Positions 1 to 54,789 of a stretch of 64,000 nt of DNA are shown piece after piece (the stretch's first letter is position 1; each line of letters opens with the position of its first letter). Location: assembly GCA_964106645.2 (NCBI GenBank), contig OZ067043.1; one strand, given 5' to 3'. The DNA is from Podarcis pityusensis (Eukaryota). The notes under the pieces were generated by a model that made no database searches, was not told where the DNA came from, and was given only the letters and a program-made list of their open reading frames with translations. The position numbers were made by a program, and so were the translations under genes.

Positions 1-265
1 ACATAGGAGTGCTCAATGAATCTCATTTAACTGGTTGAATATGGCTTTTCATGCAAATCTGAAGCTGCACCCAAATTCAGAGCCAGTCATTGCTGCCCAT
101 AACTAGTTGTGTGAGCTTGAACTATATTGATTAGATTGGATTTATATTCTGCATTATCCCACTGGCTCAAAACAGCTTACAGTGGCTTTCCTCCTAAATC
201 TTAATAGTCCTGTTCCCTAAGCTCCCACTTCCTACTTGCTGCAAGCCATATATAAGAGAGAGGCG

Positions 266-336
<71 letters not shown>
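266..336. repeat. (CT)n(CA)n compound microsatellite
   Basis: Directly visible run of CT then CA dinucleotides; it explains the spurious ORF 201..449. Confidence 0.95.
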
Positions 337-337
<1 letters not shown>

Positions 338-962
338 TCTTGTGTTTACTCAGAAGTGAATCCCACTGAGTCCAATTTGGCTTAATCCCAAGAATACAAA
401 GTGCATGTTTAACAATTGTAACCTTAGACCAGCACAATTTCAAAAACAAGGACTGATTGAAACAGGGATTAAATCAACTGAATAATTTATTATTTATTTA
501 TTCATTTGCCCTAAAGTCTACAGAATTTTTACATAAATGGGCAAATACTTGAAAACTCAAAGTCTGAAAACCATTGCATATTTTAGCTAGTGTGAGGTGC
601 AATGGCTTCACTCCACTTTGTTTTCAGTTGTAGACTCTGAAGGTATATGGAAAACAAGATTTACTTGAAGATAGCCCTGTACATTGATCCAAAATTTTCC
701 ATACATGATACCATTTGAGAAACCCATTTAGTGATTAAATAGATGTGATGTTAAGTGTGTCTTTACATAAATCACACACATTTTAAGAATAGCAAATAGC
801 AATTGGCTACAATCATGTTCACTATTAGAGTGACTGCCTGCCAATGGTATTCTGCATATTTATCAATGTATAATAAGGGTGTCCTTTGTTACTTACAAAA
901 TACTTGTATTAAAACTTCCATATTATTTAAATACAAGCTAAAACATGGGGCTGCTTAGCTGA

Positions 963-10200
<9,238 letters not shown>

Positions 10201-10550
10201 TTAGTGACCTCTCAATTGTCCTCATTTATTGGGCTGTTGTTCATTTTCATCTATTTTTTTCATGCATTCTGTTTCAGGCCCTACTACCCATCCCCATGAG
10301 AAAAAGATGCAAAGCTCCAAGTGCCTTATGACAGGCGACTTTGAGTCCCTGTCCCCCTCCCTTTTCTCAAATCTGAAATCTACTTAGTTTGGTTATCAAC
10401 CACCAGACACATCAATTGCTCTAGTTGTTCTTCAACAGCTGCCTTTGCAACAACATAACCATAGACTAATTTGTGTCATACTTATGAAAATAAGGAATAA
10501 TCCCTTGTACAGCCACTTTGAGTTCTGAGGAGGAGACAGGATATCTATGT

Positions 10551-10556
10551 AATAAA
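10551..10556 (+). terminator. Candidate ARMH1 polyadenylation signal
   Basis: AATAAA about 350 nt after the predicted stop; another at 10651-10656. Confidence 0.4.
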
Positions 10557-11484
10557 TAAAAACAGTACTGAACAACTAAATTTAAGTCTCTGTGATCATA
10601 CATACCAGACACAAGACTTCACTCCAATTTGCAGGTTCAACTGAAACTGAAATAAATGAACATACAGAAGATACATGGGCATCTGGTTAGCCATTGTGAG
10701 AACAGAATGCTTGGCCTTATCTAGCAGGCTGCTCTGCTCTTACACCGTGAACTCTAAATCCCCTTGCCAACTTATTTTTGTGCAGACAGACTGAACCCTA
10801 ATGTAGTAGAGCATCCAGAAGTCTACCATTAAGACCCAATGTTCTTTTCTTGAGAAATATTATTAAAGGCAAAACATTTACATGATTTGCAAGCCAAAAA
10901 CAGAAACTGCCATTCTCTAGCAGCGCTACTGGGAAAGCAGCAATGGCTTCTCTTGTTATGCATTCAGCAATATAATATAAACACTCTCTTGAATACTTCA
11001 TAGCTTTACAGATATATAAAGGGATTTTTGAAGTAATACAGCTCTTTAAGAGAAATTAAGGAGCAATTGTATGCTTAAGCCCATTGATTTCAGATGCGGT
11101 TTTGTATAGGATTTGGCTGCTCTTTTCCTGAAGTGTAATTTAGCACAATGGATAGTATGTATGCTTACAGATCAGGCCTATCTACTTCATAGAGATGGAG
11201 ATAAAATGTTGAAACTTCATATCAGTTGTTTCCCAACTCCTAGCTCTCTTCTCTTGGAAAGCATGCTATGCCATTAGCATCTCCTTAGCCACTTTGTATG
11301 CCTTAGATTTTAGGAATCAATTAACACTTGCATGCAGTAATGACACCCTAAATTCACTTTATAATTGGCAATGCCAGCAGACAAAATTAGCAGCATCATT
11401 CCCATCCTTTGAAAGCTACACTGATACATCTATGCATATATCAGACTTTTCCTCATAGGGTGTAAGCACATACCGTATATATAT

Positions 11485-11487
<3 letters not shown>

Positions 11488-11518
<31 letters not shown>
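11488..11518. repeat. (CA)n microsatellite
   Basis: Directly visible. Confidence 0.95.
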
Positions 11519-11521
<3 letters not shown>

Positions 11522-12311
11522 TTTAACACTTTGGGGAAGGATACTGAAGCATACCCACACACTACTTTGCTCTTGAGTAGTCCAAATAGGTGCAAATTTT
11601 AAACTTCACAGTTACAATGAAATGGCCCAAACAGTTGACACTTTTTGCCATTCTACTGATAAAATGCAAAAACTCAGAAAGGCAGAAATTAATTTCCGTT
11701 TCAGAACACACTGACACTATAATTGATTTTATTCTGTGAATCGCCCTGAGACCTCTGGGTACAGGGCGGTATATAAATTCAATAAATAAATAATAATTGT
11801 AAAGATTTTTGTAGACTTTTTTCAAAATAATAGCCATCAGAGATAGTTTTCTTTTAAGCACATGATTAATGCATAAAGCCAATAAAATTGTTTAACACTG
11901 ACAGATTTCAATACCAGTGTTTGACTAGTTTCAGAAGTCATAAATGGAATTCTTGCCTCTACATGAATGAAGACTATCACAGTCCAACACATTGACTTAA
12001 ATAGATATGATTATGGTCATTGTCCATTTGCAACATTTATAACAGGAACAGCCGGGAGCTGCGTACTCTCAGGTCTGCGTGAGAAAATACCCAGACCTCC
12101 CAGGGACTAATAACATTTGGTAGTATATGGGCCTAGGTTGTTAAATTGCACACCTGAGGGTAGTGTTCCCCTCCACGAAGCCTTTGAAGAGCAGCAGTTG
12201 AAATAGCCACAGTAGCTAAGGAGTGGAGTCCTTTCTATCCAAGTTGGCTACCTTGGTCTTGTCAGGCAGAGCGGCTGGGTATAAATATTTTAAATAAATC
12301 CACAATGTTTT

Positions 12312-15300
12312 AAAAACTTTTATTTATGCAGTTTTAACAGCCTTTATACACACATTGCACAGTATCCATCACTTATCTCTTTTCCCGACTTCCCAATCCA
12401 TCTCTCTTGAGGGTTAAATTGTATATTTAACCTACTTGTAGATTAAATTGTATATTGTACCCTCTAAGATAATCTCCAAAATACCTCCACTCTTCTCTTT
12501 AACTCATCCTTATTCCTTAGTTTTGCAGTCAAGGTTACTAATTCTACATATTCTATCAGTTTGTTTTACCAAGTTTCCTTCGTGGGTATCTCTACTTCTT
12601 TCCATTTTTTTTTGCATATATTATTCTAGCTGCAGTGATTGCGTGCAGAAAGATATTGAGTGCCTTTTTTGGAATACCATCACCTATTATCCCTAACAGG
12701 AAGGCCTCTGGTCTTTTGGGAAATGTGAATTTTAAAATCTATAATTATTCTTTAGAGCAGGCATCCCCAAACTCAGCCCTCCAGCTGTTTTGGGACTACA
12801 ATTCCCATAATCCCTGACCACTAGTCCTGTTAGCTAGGGATGATGGGAGTTGCAGTCCCAAAACAGGTGGAGGGCCAAGTTTGGGGATGCCTGCTCTAGA
12901 GTATTTACACAACCACCACATATGAATCAGGGTTCCCTCTACCTTGTGGCACTTCCAGCATAAATTAGACCCTTTTTTATACATTTTCACTAATTTATTG
13001 GGTTGTCAAGTACCACTGGTACATCATCTTTTGTAGGTTTTCCTTAATAAGTTAACAGGCAGAAAAATTCATGGTTTTCCCCCCATAATTTTTCCCATGT
13101 GGACAATTCTATGTTGCAACCAATATCTATGGCCCATTTTGTCATTGTCGCCTTTACCATCTCATCTTTGGTCTCCCACTCCAATAACACCTTATAAATT
13201 TTTGAGATTAATTTATCATCCTTTCCTAATACAATTTTTTCAAATTCTGAACTCATTTCCGCCAATCCCTTTTCCTTATCTCTTTAAAATACTGGTAACT
13301 CATTCACCTGAAAATACTGAAACCAATCTATAGTATGATCCCAAATCTCTTCTCCTTTTTTTAGGTGAACTCCTCCTTCTATAAACTTTATAAGTGGCCC
13401 ATTAGTCCATATTCAACCTTTTCGCTGAGACCACCTCAGTTGGGGATATCCATCTTGGGGGTTTTCTCTCTAAGAGATCTTTGTGTCGCTGCCAAACCAT
13501 GTACATACTTCTTATGACATGGTTTTGGAAACCTTTGTGCACCCTTGATTTGTCATAATGCAGATATGCATGCCATTCAAAGTGTAGATCAAAACCTTCT
13601 AGGTCTAAAATGTTGGTATCTCTTAGCTCCATCTATTCTTTCATCCAACAGAGACATGCTGCCTCATAATAAAATCTAAGGTCTGGAAGGGCAAAGTCCC
13701 CTCTTTCTCTTACATCTGTCAGATTTTTATACTTAATTTGGGTTTCCCCACTACCAAATGAAGTTTGTCACGTCCTTCTTTCACATTTTAAAACAGTTTG
13801 GGCTATTACCACGAGTGTTTGAAATAAGAAGATCATCTTGGGCAAAACATTCATTTTGACTGCGGATATTCTTCCTAACAAAGAAAGGTTCAGTCTAGTC
13901 CATTTTTCTAGATTCTTTTTATTTCATTCCAGATTTTAACATAGTTATCCTGAAAAAGGTTTAAATTCTTAGCTGATATCCATATCCTCAAATATTTTTC
14001 TGTTTTAATTCCCATAATATTCTCAAGTCTTTCTTTTGCCTGTAAGTCTAAATTTTTTACTATCATTTTTGTTTTTTCCTTATTTCTATAGAATCCTGCC
14101 AATTTGCCAAATTTTGTTATAGTTTCTATTGCCCTTGGGACACTTTCCACCGAATTTTCCAACATCAACACGTCGTCTGCAAAGGCTTTCACTTTGTATT
14201 CTCTCTGCCCAACCTTAATTCCTGTTATTTCATAATTTTTTGTATTTCTCTAGTTAACACTTCTAATATGTATTAGGATAAACAACAGTGGCAACAGGGG
14301 GCATCCCTGCCTTGTCCCCTTCTTGATGCTACTTTTTTCTGTGACATTACTATTTATTATTAAGCTCACCTATTGCTCTGTGTATACTGCATTTATCTCA
14401 GAGAATATGGCATTCAGAACAGCATTCTCCACTAATTTCTTCAGGAAGACCCAGAACACATTGTCAAAGGCCTTTTCAGCATATAAAAATATTAGTGCTG
14501 CTTCTTTTTCATTTCTTTTTTCCAAGTATTTGATCACATTTCTAGTATTATTCCTTGGTAAAAAAACCTCACGAATAGGTGATTCTAGGACCACCATCAG
14601 CTTTTTTGCCATTATTGCAGTGTACAACTTATAATCATTGTTCAGTAAGGAGATCAGCCTGTAGTTCTTGGGTTGGAGTATATCCTGATCTTGTTTGGGG
14701 ATTAGAGTAATGTAAACGTTCTTCTACAATGTTGGTATTGTTTTCCCTTGTAAACTTTCATTCATAAGATCTTTAAGGGGCGTGGTAATGTTTCTCTTAA
14801 TGTTTTATAATATGCGACTGAAAGTCCGTCCAGACCAGGAGGTTTGCCAGACTTTGCCTACTTGATAGGTACATCTATTTCCATCATTGAGATGGGGGCA
14901 TTCAGACTATCTACTTGGTCCTTTGTTAGCTGTGGTAGATAACATTTTTGCAAATATTCTTCTATGTTTTTCTCACTCTCCTTTCCATTCACATACAAAG
15001 TCGAGTAGTATCTTAAAACTTCTTTTCTGAATTCTTTTTGGTTATATATCCTCTCCCCTACCATTATCTTGTTTATTATATTGGGGGTTTTACTTTCCCA
15101 GCTTATTGGCAAACTCAAATTGTTTTTGTTTTAAAGCTTTTTAGTCGTTGCTCTATTTCATTCTGTGTGATCATGGCAAATTGCGTTTGTTGTATTTTCA
15201 GTTTCTGAATACAAACTTGATATTTTCATAACACACCATTTCCTTCAAAATTCTTTTTCTTCCTCTTTTCTTTCTATAAATTGGATTACCAGCATGTCAC

Positions 15301-15420
15301 ATCCTGATTCATTCCTTTACTGGAGTTCCTTAGTTGTTTTATCGTTTTCTGTCAACACCACCGCATTAAGTCCTCTAATATTATTATCTCATTACATCTT
15401 TCAAATAATTTGCCTTCCAG
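12312..15420 (-). mobile_element. Decayed, 5'-truncated L1-clade LINE (ORF2 RT and CCHC region) between ARMH1 and KIF2C
   Basis: Minus-strand ORF fragments with LIFLYAEKAFDNVFW, KAFADD (RT catalytic motif) and [18 protein letters not shown] (L1 C-terminal CCHC). Many frameshifts; minus-strand AATAAA near 12320. Ends approximate. Confidence 0.85.
12758..12893. mobile_element. hAT (Charlie-like) palindromic MITE nested in the L1
   Basis: 16-bp TIR CAGGCATCCCCAAACT/AGTTTGGGGATGCCTG; 8-bp TSD CTTTAGAG (12750-57) / CTCTAGAG (12894-901). Confidence 0.9.
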
Positions 15421-16263
15421 CTCTCTATAGAACTCCAGTATTTTTTTTTCATTTAGCTAGCCTACAAGGTGATTAGCTCCACTTTCTACACATACCTGTG
15501 TTAGTAATTTTTTTTTTAACAACCTGGAAAAAGGTCAGATGAATTCAATCTTGTCCTCTTCCAGTTGTTCCATTAGCAAAAATGGTAGAGTCCAGAAGTT
15601 TTGACTAGCGTTGACTACCCACATTTTTCCAGAACCCCTGATCATTTCTCATAAATAGGGACCATCTTTCCTTAAAGTTCAACCAAAATAGAAACAACCT
15701 TGGCTGTCATCACAACCTAGGATTGCCTAATGTGTTCAAGTTATAGTCCTAAACATTCTTTCCATGCTCCTGTAAATATTTAAGGGTGGGGGGCAAAGAT
15801 CCACCAAGTTCAATAGACTTCCTCTGGTAAGTATACTAGTAAGTACAATTGCTGCCTTCCTCTGAAACAAAACCAGTTGAAAACCAAGATAAAAGGCCAG
15901 ATTCAGCTAAATAGTTGTGCTAGCGCAACAAGTCATGTTAATAGGAAGAAGGGAAACTGGTCTACCTGGCAAGCAGAAATGTTTGCAATGATTGAACAAA
16001 CATAACAGCACAATGCTGAACTCCTCCCATAGTATTTCTAAGTAAAATATGTTTATAACCAGTCTTACTGACAAATCTCAAATTCTCTTTTAGATGTAAT
16101 AGATAAGGTTGAAAGTAAGCAAGCTGTCCTTACCAAGTTGTTGCTCTCCAAGCCAGATGTGCATACAAATCCAACATATACCAGTGGCCTCCAAGAACAG
16201 CAGAAGACCTGCAGAACACACTTCAAACCCCTCACAATACAGGACTTGATGCATTCAGAAATA

Positions 16264-16269
16264 TTTATT
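16264..16269 (-). terminator. KIF2C polyadenylation signal
   Basis: Minus-strand AATAAA about 400 nt after the stop, followed by GU-rich sequence; a proximal AATAAA is at 16388-16393. Confidence 0.6.
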
Positions 16270-16666
16270 TATAAACTGCTTCAATTACTGATTATTTATA
16301 TTTTAAAAAGTCTCAAACAGCAAAACCAGTTCAAGATTCACTGGATTGCATTCAATGTTAACATTTCAAAAGTATTTAGTGAAATACTTTATTTACACTA
16401 GAAAAATGTACAAGCTTACCAAGAGACACCAAAGCAACTCTTCTTCTTAGCCTTCAGTTGTGAAGAGGAGCAATGGTCCCAGAAACATCACATTCTGGCA
16501 GAGTACTTTCCTTTACCTGCATAAAGGATAGCACCCTCTCCCAAAACAGGGAACCCTCAAACAAGATAGGATGAACCTTCTGCTTGCATTTTAAATACAG
16601 TTAATAGCAAACCAAAGAAGTGACAGACAAATAGAGAGGGAAGAAATTCATTTAACAAGTGGGTAA

Positions 16667-38995
<22,329 letters not shown>

Positions 38996-39926
38996 AGTAC
39001 TGGAAAAGTCTGGTTCTCTAGCGTCAGCAAAAAAAAGGAGCACCTCTCACTTCACAGACCGGTATCGAAAAGAAGCAGCGAATCAACTGCCGCCGTTTTG
39101 AACGGGGCGCGCCGCAAAGCCTGCCGGGAAGCTACGTCTGTCAGGTGACGTAAATGCCTACAAAAAAACTACATCTACCAGCACGACTTGCGGCGCCCGC
39201 CCCCTAATTCTTTCCCCATGTTTTCTGGAGATTTACACTTCCGAAAATGACGTGCAAGCCAAAGTTAATGACATGGAGCCTACCCGGAGGAGCGTTCTAA
39301 GGGGGAAATGGCCTCTCTTGTGATGGAGAAGCAGCTATATAGGTAGACGAATGACGGGGTCTTTTAATGCAGATTAATTGGTATCTCGTAATTTTTAACT
39401 TTTCCGTTTTCAGCCTTTTTTGCGTTTTTCCCGATTCATTTATTTTTGCCTTTTGGTATACAACTTTTCCTTTTTTGAATCTATGGGAATCTCGTGACGA
39501 TTGCCAAAATTCAATATTATGCACATATCGTATTCATGGCATTTTATCCCGCTCTTCCTTCAAGCTCAGGCACCCCGCCACCCGTTTTTATTCCCTTTAC
39601 ACCCTTATAAGATGGGCTGCCTGAGAGACACAAGCCCAATGTCACCGAGGGAGTTTTGTGGCGGAGGGGGCATTTGCACAGGGTTCCCCAAGTCCGATGG
39701 GCTAGCGATCAGAACGCTACATTTCCGACAGTCCTGCATTCATTGATATACAGTAAATCGTAATTACCGGTAACTTCAAAATAAGCAGACTTTTTAAATT
39801 CTTACTTCCGCCTAAACACCTATAAAACTGCGCTATGGGTCGGCAATAAAAGAAACGAACAGCATCATGCTTTTAACAACACTGTTTTATGCCTGTTAAT
39901 TTTTGTGAAGTTGATAAGCATTCAAA

Positions 39927-39941
39927 TCTATTTTTAACAAC
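39927..39941 (-). terminator. snRNA 3' box
   Basis: Minus strand GTTGTTAAAAATAGA starts 9 nt after the U5 3' end; near-match (one mismatch) to GTTYN0-3AAARRYAGA. Confidence 0.75.
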
Positions 39942-39949
39942 AAAAAAAG

Positions 39950-40066
39950 TAGCCCCACCGAAGCGGGGCCTCAAAAAATTAGTTGTAAACTCATAACTGT
40001 TCCTCTCCACGGAAATCTTTAGTAAAAGGCGAAAGATTTATACGATCTGAAGAGAAACCAGAGTAT
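39950..40066 (-). ncRNA. RNU5: U5 spliceosomal snRNA (117 nt)
   Basis: Minus strand ATACTCTGGTTTCTCTTCAGATCGTATAAATCTTTCGCCTTTTACTAAAGATTTCCGTGGAGAGGAAC...AATTTTTTGAGGCCCCGCTTCGGTGGGGCTA: invariant loop 1 GCCTTTTAC, Sm site and 3' stem-loop are all present. Confidence 0.98.
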
Positions 40067-40103
40067 AAACTTAGGTGCCGTGGTAGATTTGCTGGAGTAA
40101 CCA

Positions 40104-40334
40104 CGCCTGCTTCTTAGGTGACAACAACTCCTTTAAACCAAAGGTTAAAATCTTGCTTTTCAACAATGAGTTATATTCCGGAATTTCTACTTGCTTTTAG
40201 AACCAGCACATGTAATATTTCACAACAAAAATAAACAGAAAATACAGATAAAAGAATTAATTCAGCGCACTGCATTATGGTTGTGACTAAATGCAAACTA
40301 AGCTCACAAACTCTTCCTGCTTTACGCCCCGCCC
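40104..40334 (-). promoter_or_regulatory. U5 Pol II snRNA promoter (PSE and DSE)
   Basis: PSE-like TCACCTAAGAAGCAGGCG at 40121-40104 (about -55); SPH/Staf-like AACCATAATGCAGTGCG 40282-40266; near-octamer ATGCAAAC 40291-98 (about -230); GC box 40326-34. Confidence 0.7.
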
Positions 40335-40704
40335 TCACCCAAGCCGTCAGCAGCGCCTGGATGCCCATATCTGTCAGTGGCTTCCCTTGCTGCTACAGAC
40401 TTGTTGGGTCTTGTTCATAATGGTGGTTCAATTTTCTACATACAGTACTTGGAAAAATGATACCACTGGATAATTACGTAGTGAGCAATGTAACTAACAC
40501 GCAGGAAGTAGCAAGGCCCCATAAAAATCTACACTTGGCTATGACAACACGCTAATGATTAGTTTCTTTTCAATCTATCATCTCCAAGGAAGAAAAAAAA
40601 TGCCCTTTTTCAAAAAGAGGATTTCATACTAAAAAATATATTTGCCAACAAATTTTCTTTTCAAATTCTAGTCTCAAACTCAGCAATAACAACGTTGCCA
40701 ACCC

Positions 40705-40953
40705 GAACCAATGGATTGAAGTTACATGAAAGCAGATTCTGACTAAACATCAAGAAGCACTTTGACAGTAAGAGCTGTTTGACAGTGGAACAGACTCCCT
40801 GAGAAGGTTGTGGACTGTCCTTCACTGGAGGTTTTTAGCACTGGCTGGCCACCTGTCATGGATGCTTTAGTTGAGATTCCTACATTGCAGGGGGTTGGAC
40901 TAGATAGCCCTTGGGGGTCCTTTCCAATTCTACAATTTCTATGATTCTATGAT
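40705..40953 (+). mobile_element. CR1 LINE 3' end
   Basis: Typical CR1 3' sequence ending in the ATTCTATG-type terminal repeat (ttctatgattctatgat). Confidence 0.85.
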
Positions 40954-41019
40954 ACCAGTACTTGGTGTCTGTTTCTGCACTTTCTTTTAGGGTTATCACA
41001 CTCCCCATAAATACATTTT

Positions 41020-41345
41020 GCCTGTGCTGGTGGCCATCAATGCGTCCTGTGGGAGCAAGTTCCTTAGTTTAAATATGTGCTGCATATTTAAACTACTTTT
41101 ATCTGTTCCAAATCTTCCAACATTCAGCTTCATTGGATGTCCTTGAGTTCTAGCATTATGAGAGAGGAAGACAATCTTTATCCTTTTTCTCCATACCATG
41201 CATAATTTTATAATCTTTTATTATGTCACCACTTACTCACCTTTTCTTTAAACTAAGAAGTCCCAAATGCTGTGCCACCTTTCTTCCCAGGTGAGTTGCT
41301 CCATCCCATTTATCATTTAGGTTGCCCCTTTCTGAACCTTTTCCA
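41020..41345 (-). mobile_element. CR1 LINE fragment (ORF2 C-terminus)
   Basis: RTQGHPMKLNVGRFGTDK...FKLRNLLPQD on the minus strand; related fragments at about 57620-58130 (-) and 58925-59110 (+). Confidence 0.75.
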
Positions 41346-42111
41346 AGTCAAAGGCGCACAAATGTGCGCGTGGAAACAGACCCATGTATGCACGAATGCC
41401 GGAGTGTAGAGACAGCCTTTATTGCCCTGCATATAAACAACAGAAGAAGAAGAATGGAATTGCTTTAAGAACATACACTCTCCTTAACTGTCCCTCCCCT
41501 CTAGTGACTGATGCAGGGAGGTGGCTGACACCCCAACCAGGTATTATAGACTCAGCTCCTTCTTGGATTCTCAGATTGCACTTACGAGTTTCCCAGTAAC
41601 AGCTCTTACTGATTTGGTTAATATTATGTATTGCATTTACTTTAGGCCTTTTTATTATTACACCTTTTCATGTCATAAACTTTTTTCCACTTTGTACATA
41701 TGGTTAGGAATGGACTATATGTACATAAACATTTTTATTGAAGTGCTTGTGGATTAGGCTTGCAGTAGCACACAATCCAGGCCAGATATTACAGAGTGCT
41801 ATTACAGAAAGGGCCCTGTCAGAAATATAAAAAGCAAATAGAGACCAGGTGCACACACAGATCTCCTCTCCTTAACAGATCTTAGGTAACAGCAAACATA
41901 AACAGTAGCTACTGCCATGGTGATTATTCCAATCACTCTGGGCTACTTTGCTGCATCATTTTGGCTGGCTAGCACCACCTGCCAGTTACCAGCATAGCAA
42001 CTATAGAAACTCCATATGCTGTTGTAGTCCTTTCCTGCAAGGAAGAACAAGTGCCCAGTGCCTTCCAAATAAACACCACCCTTTGTGGAACAGCAGCAGC
42101 AGTCACTCCTC

Positions 42112-52630
<10,519 letters not shown>

Positions 52631-54789
52631 CCTTCCCATTGGCAGCAGAACACAAAAATGTGTTCAGAATAACTGTTTGTACATATGATCCCTAAAAATG
52701 TAATTCTTCTGCCATGATTATCTAGAGTCTTCCTTGTTGTGTGTGTCTGTCCATGTCAATCACTACAAGGTTAAAGACATTCACACATGCATGGCACATT
52801 AGTCTATCAATAGCTGTTAACTGGAACATCCTATATTCAGAGGCTGCCTCATTAGCAAATGCTGAGGACGCTGCCTTTGGCTTTGTTTATGCATTGGAGA
52901 GGATATAACAGAGGCACCTTTTTAGTCCTAAAAAAAAATAAATACAAAAATCCGCCGTAAAACCAAACTGCCTCTATTAAAGTAGGCTGATAGGATCATG
53001 TTTCTAATTCTTTCTCTGAGTCAATTTCAGTGTGATTACTTTATATTGGAAGTCATGTACTTGAAGTGCTTGTGAAATGCAAAAAAAAGCAACACAAAAA
53101 ATATTCCTGAAACATTCACCCTCTTCCTTTAGAATTAGTGCCCCATCCACCCTTTTGAAGTGATCAATTCTGCAAGTCTTCCCTCTTTAATCTTTAAGGG
53201 ATCACCACTGGATAATATTTTAGTGTATTATATTTTAGTGATGTCAAGGGATGCCAACAACAAGAAGGTTCTCTCTGCGACTGCAAGAGTCATTCCCCTC
53301 TGAAAATTCTAAGCATCTTGGTAACATCTGCTAAATTAGCATTTTAAAGTGGTTCTGTTCCTACCTCCTAGAAACTGTTCTGGTCAGTACCCTAGAGGTT
53401 AATCCTTTCCCACTCATCTAGAATCTCTTTGAAAAAGAAATGTCAGCATTTGCCTATTTCCTTTAGGTAGGAAATGCTGGCTGTCATGGTACCAGCAGGG
53501 ATGTATGTAAGAGGCCACCCTGACTTAGTAAAGTCTAAGTTTTAGAATTGGCTAAGACCAATACCAATAAATGTAGGCTACCAAGAAGTAACATCTTCTA
53601 TTTTTGTTTCTTTAGAAGCTGCTTGCTCTCTTTGAGGTTTCCTTCCGTATGTGCTCATCAATAAGTGCATCCCTGTGTTTGTGGGCTCTAAAACTGGTGC
53701 GAATCTATAGGACGCCTTCTTTTTTTAAAACCATTGTACCGTGCCTAGTTATTTTAGCAACTTAACAAAATATGTCTCTCCCACATCTCTACAGCCACAA
53801 GAGGAGTTGCAACCTTCCAACAGTTTGACTTCACCTCCAAAGGTGCATTCCTCCACTGTCTCCCGAGACAAATGAATGCCAACAAAAATTAGTACATAAT
53901 ATGGAAAACAAATAATTGCACACGAGCTACTTTCATATTCATGCCCCAAATGTCTCCTAGATCAGAGAGCGATAAAACAAAGAGGGAAATGATTCTGAAG
54001 CAACTTCACATAAACAGTATAACAAGAGAAGCAGCCCCCAAGCTGACTTCCTTTTAGACTCTGTGCTTTTCTTCTGTGTCTTTTTCTTCATTCAGTAGCC
54101 ATAAACCTATTGCCCTATTTTGTTCCACATCAACATGGCTTCTACTATAGTTTAGAATCTTACTTGTATTGGGCCTCATTCAGTTTTATTCCCAATATTG
54201 TGGTGATTACTTTCAGTGCCTAATATTTTCAATGGCAATTTTGTCGAGAATGTCCTACTGAAAAAGGGAGGTGCAACACCATTGCTCACTCCAGATACAG
54301 AAAAGGAGTAGGGATGGAGTACTTGACCAAAGATATCAGGCAGAAAGATTCCATTCAGCTTTCTGTCATCCTTTTATACTACCTCATGCCAGTCTCCAGC
54401 TTGTGGTGGTCGACTTATTATTTGGTATGAGCCTATTTTAGTTTTGCATGTTGCAGAGTTGTCCTGTAGCTTGCTAATGAAATACACATGATTCACCAGA
54501 TCCTCCCAAGGGGAACCTTCATGCATGTAAATTAAACTCAGCAAAAGTATTTTTCCTTCCTATGTCCTTTCTGATTTGTCACATTTTACTTACTCTTACC
54601 CTTATATAATCAACTACCTTTAACATTCCTTTTCTGCTCCCCTAACACCCAACTGGGCAGTATATATGGTTCTTCAAGAAACCCCTTTCTTGCCTTTGTG
54701 CTGCAGTATGCTCACATGCATCAACCTTCCCCTCTTTTTTCATTTCCCCCCATCTCTCCCTGTTACCTTCCTGGCTGTGGCACTGGCAG

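Noticed and set aside
201-449. Arg/Glu-rich ORF
   Set aside because: Translation of a (CT)n(CA)n microsatellite.
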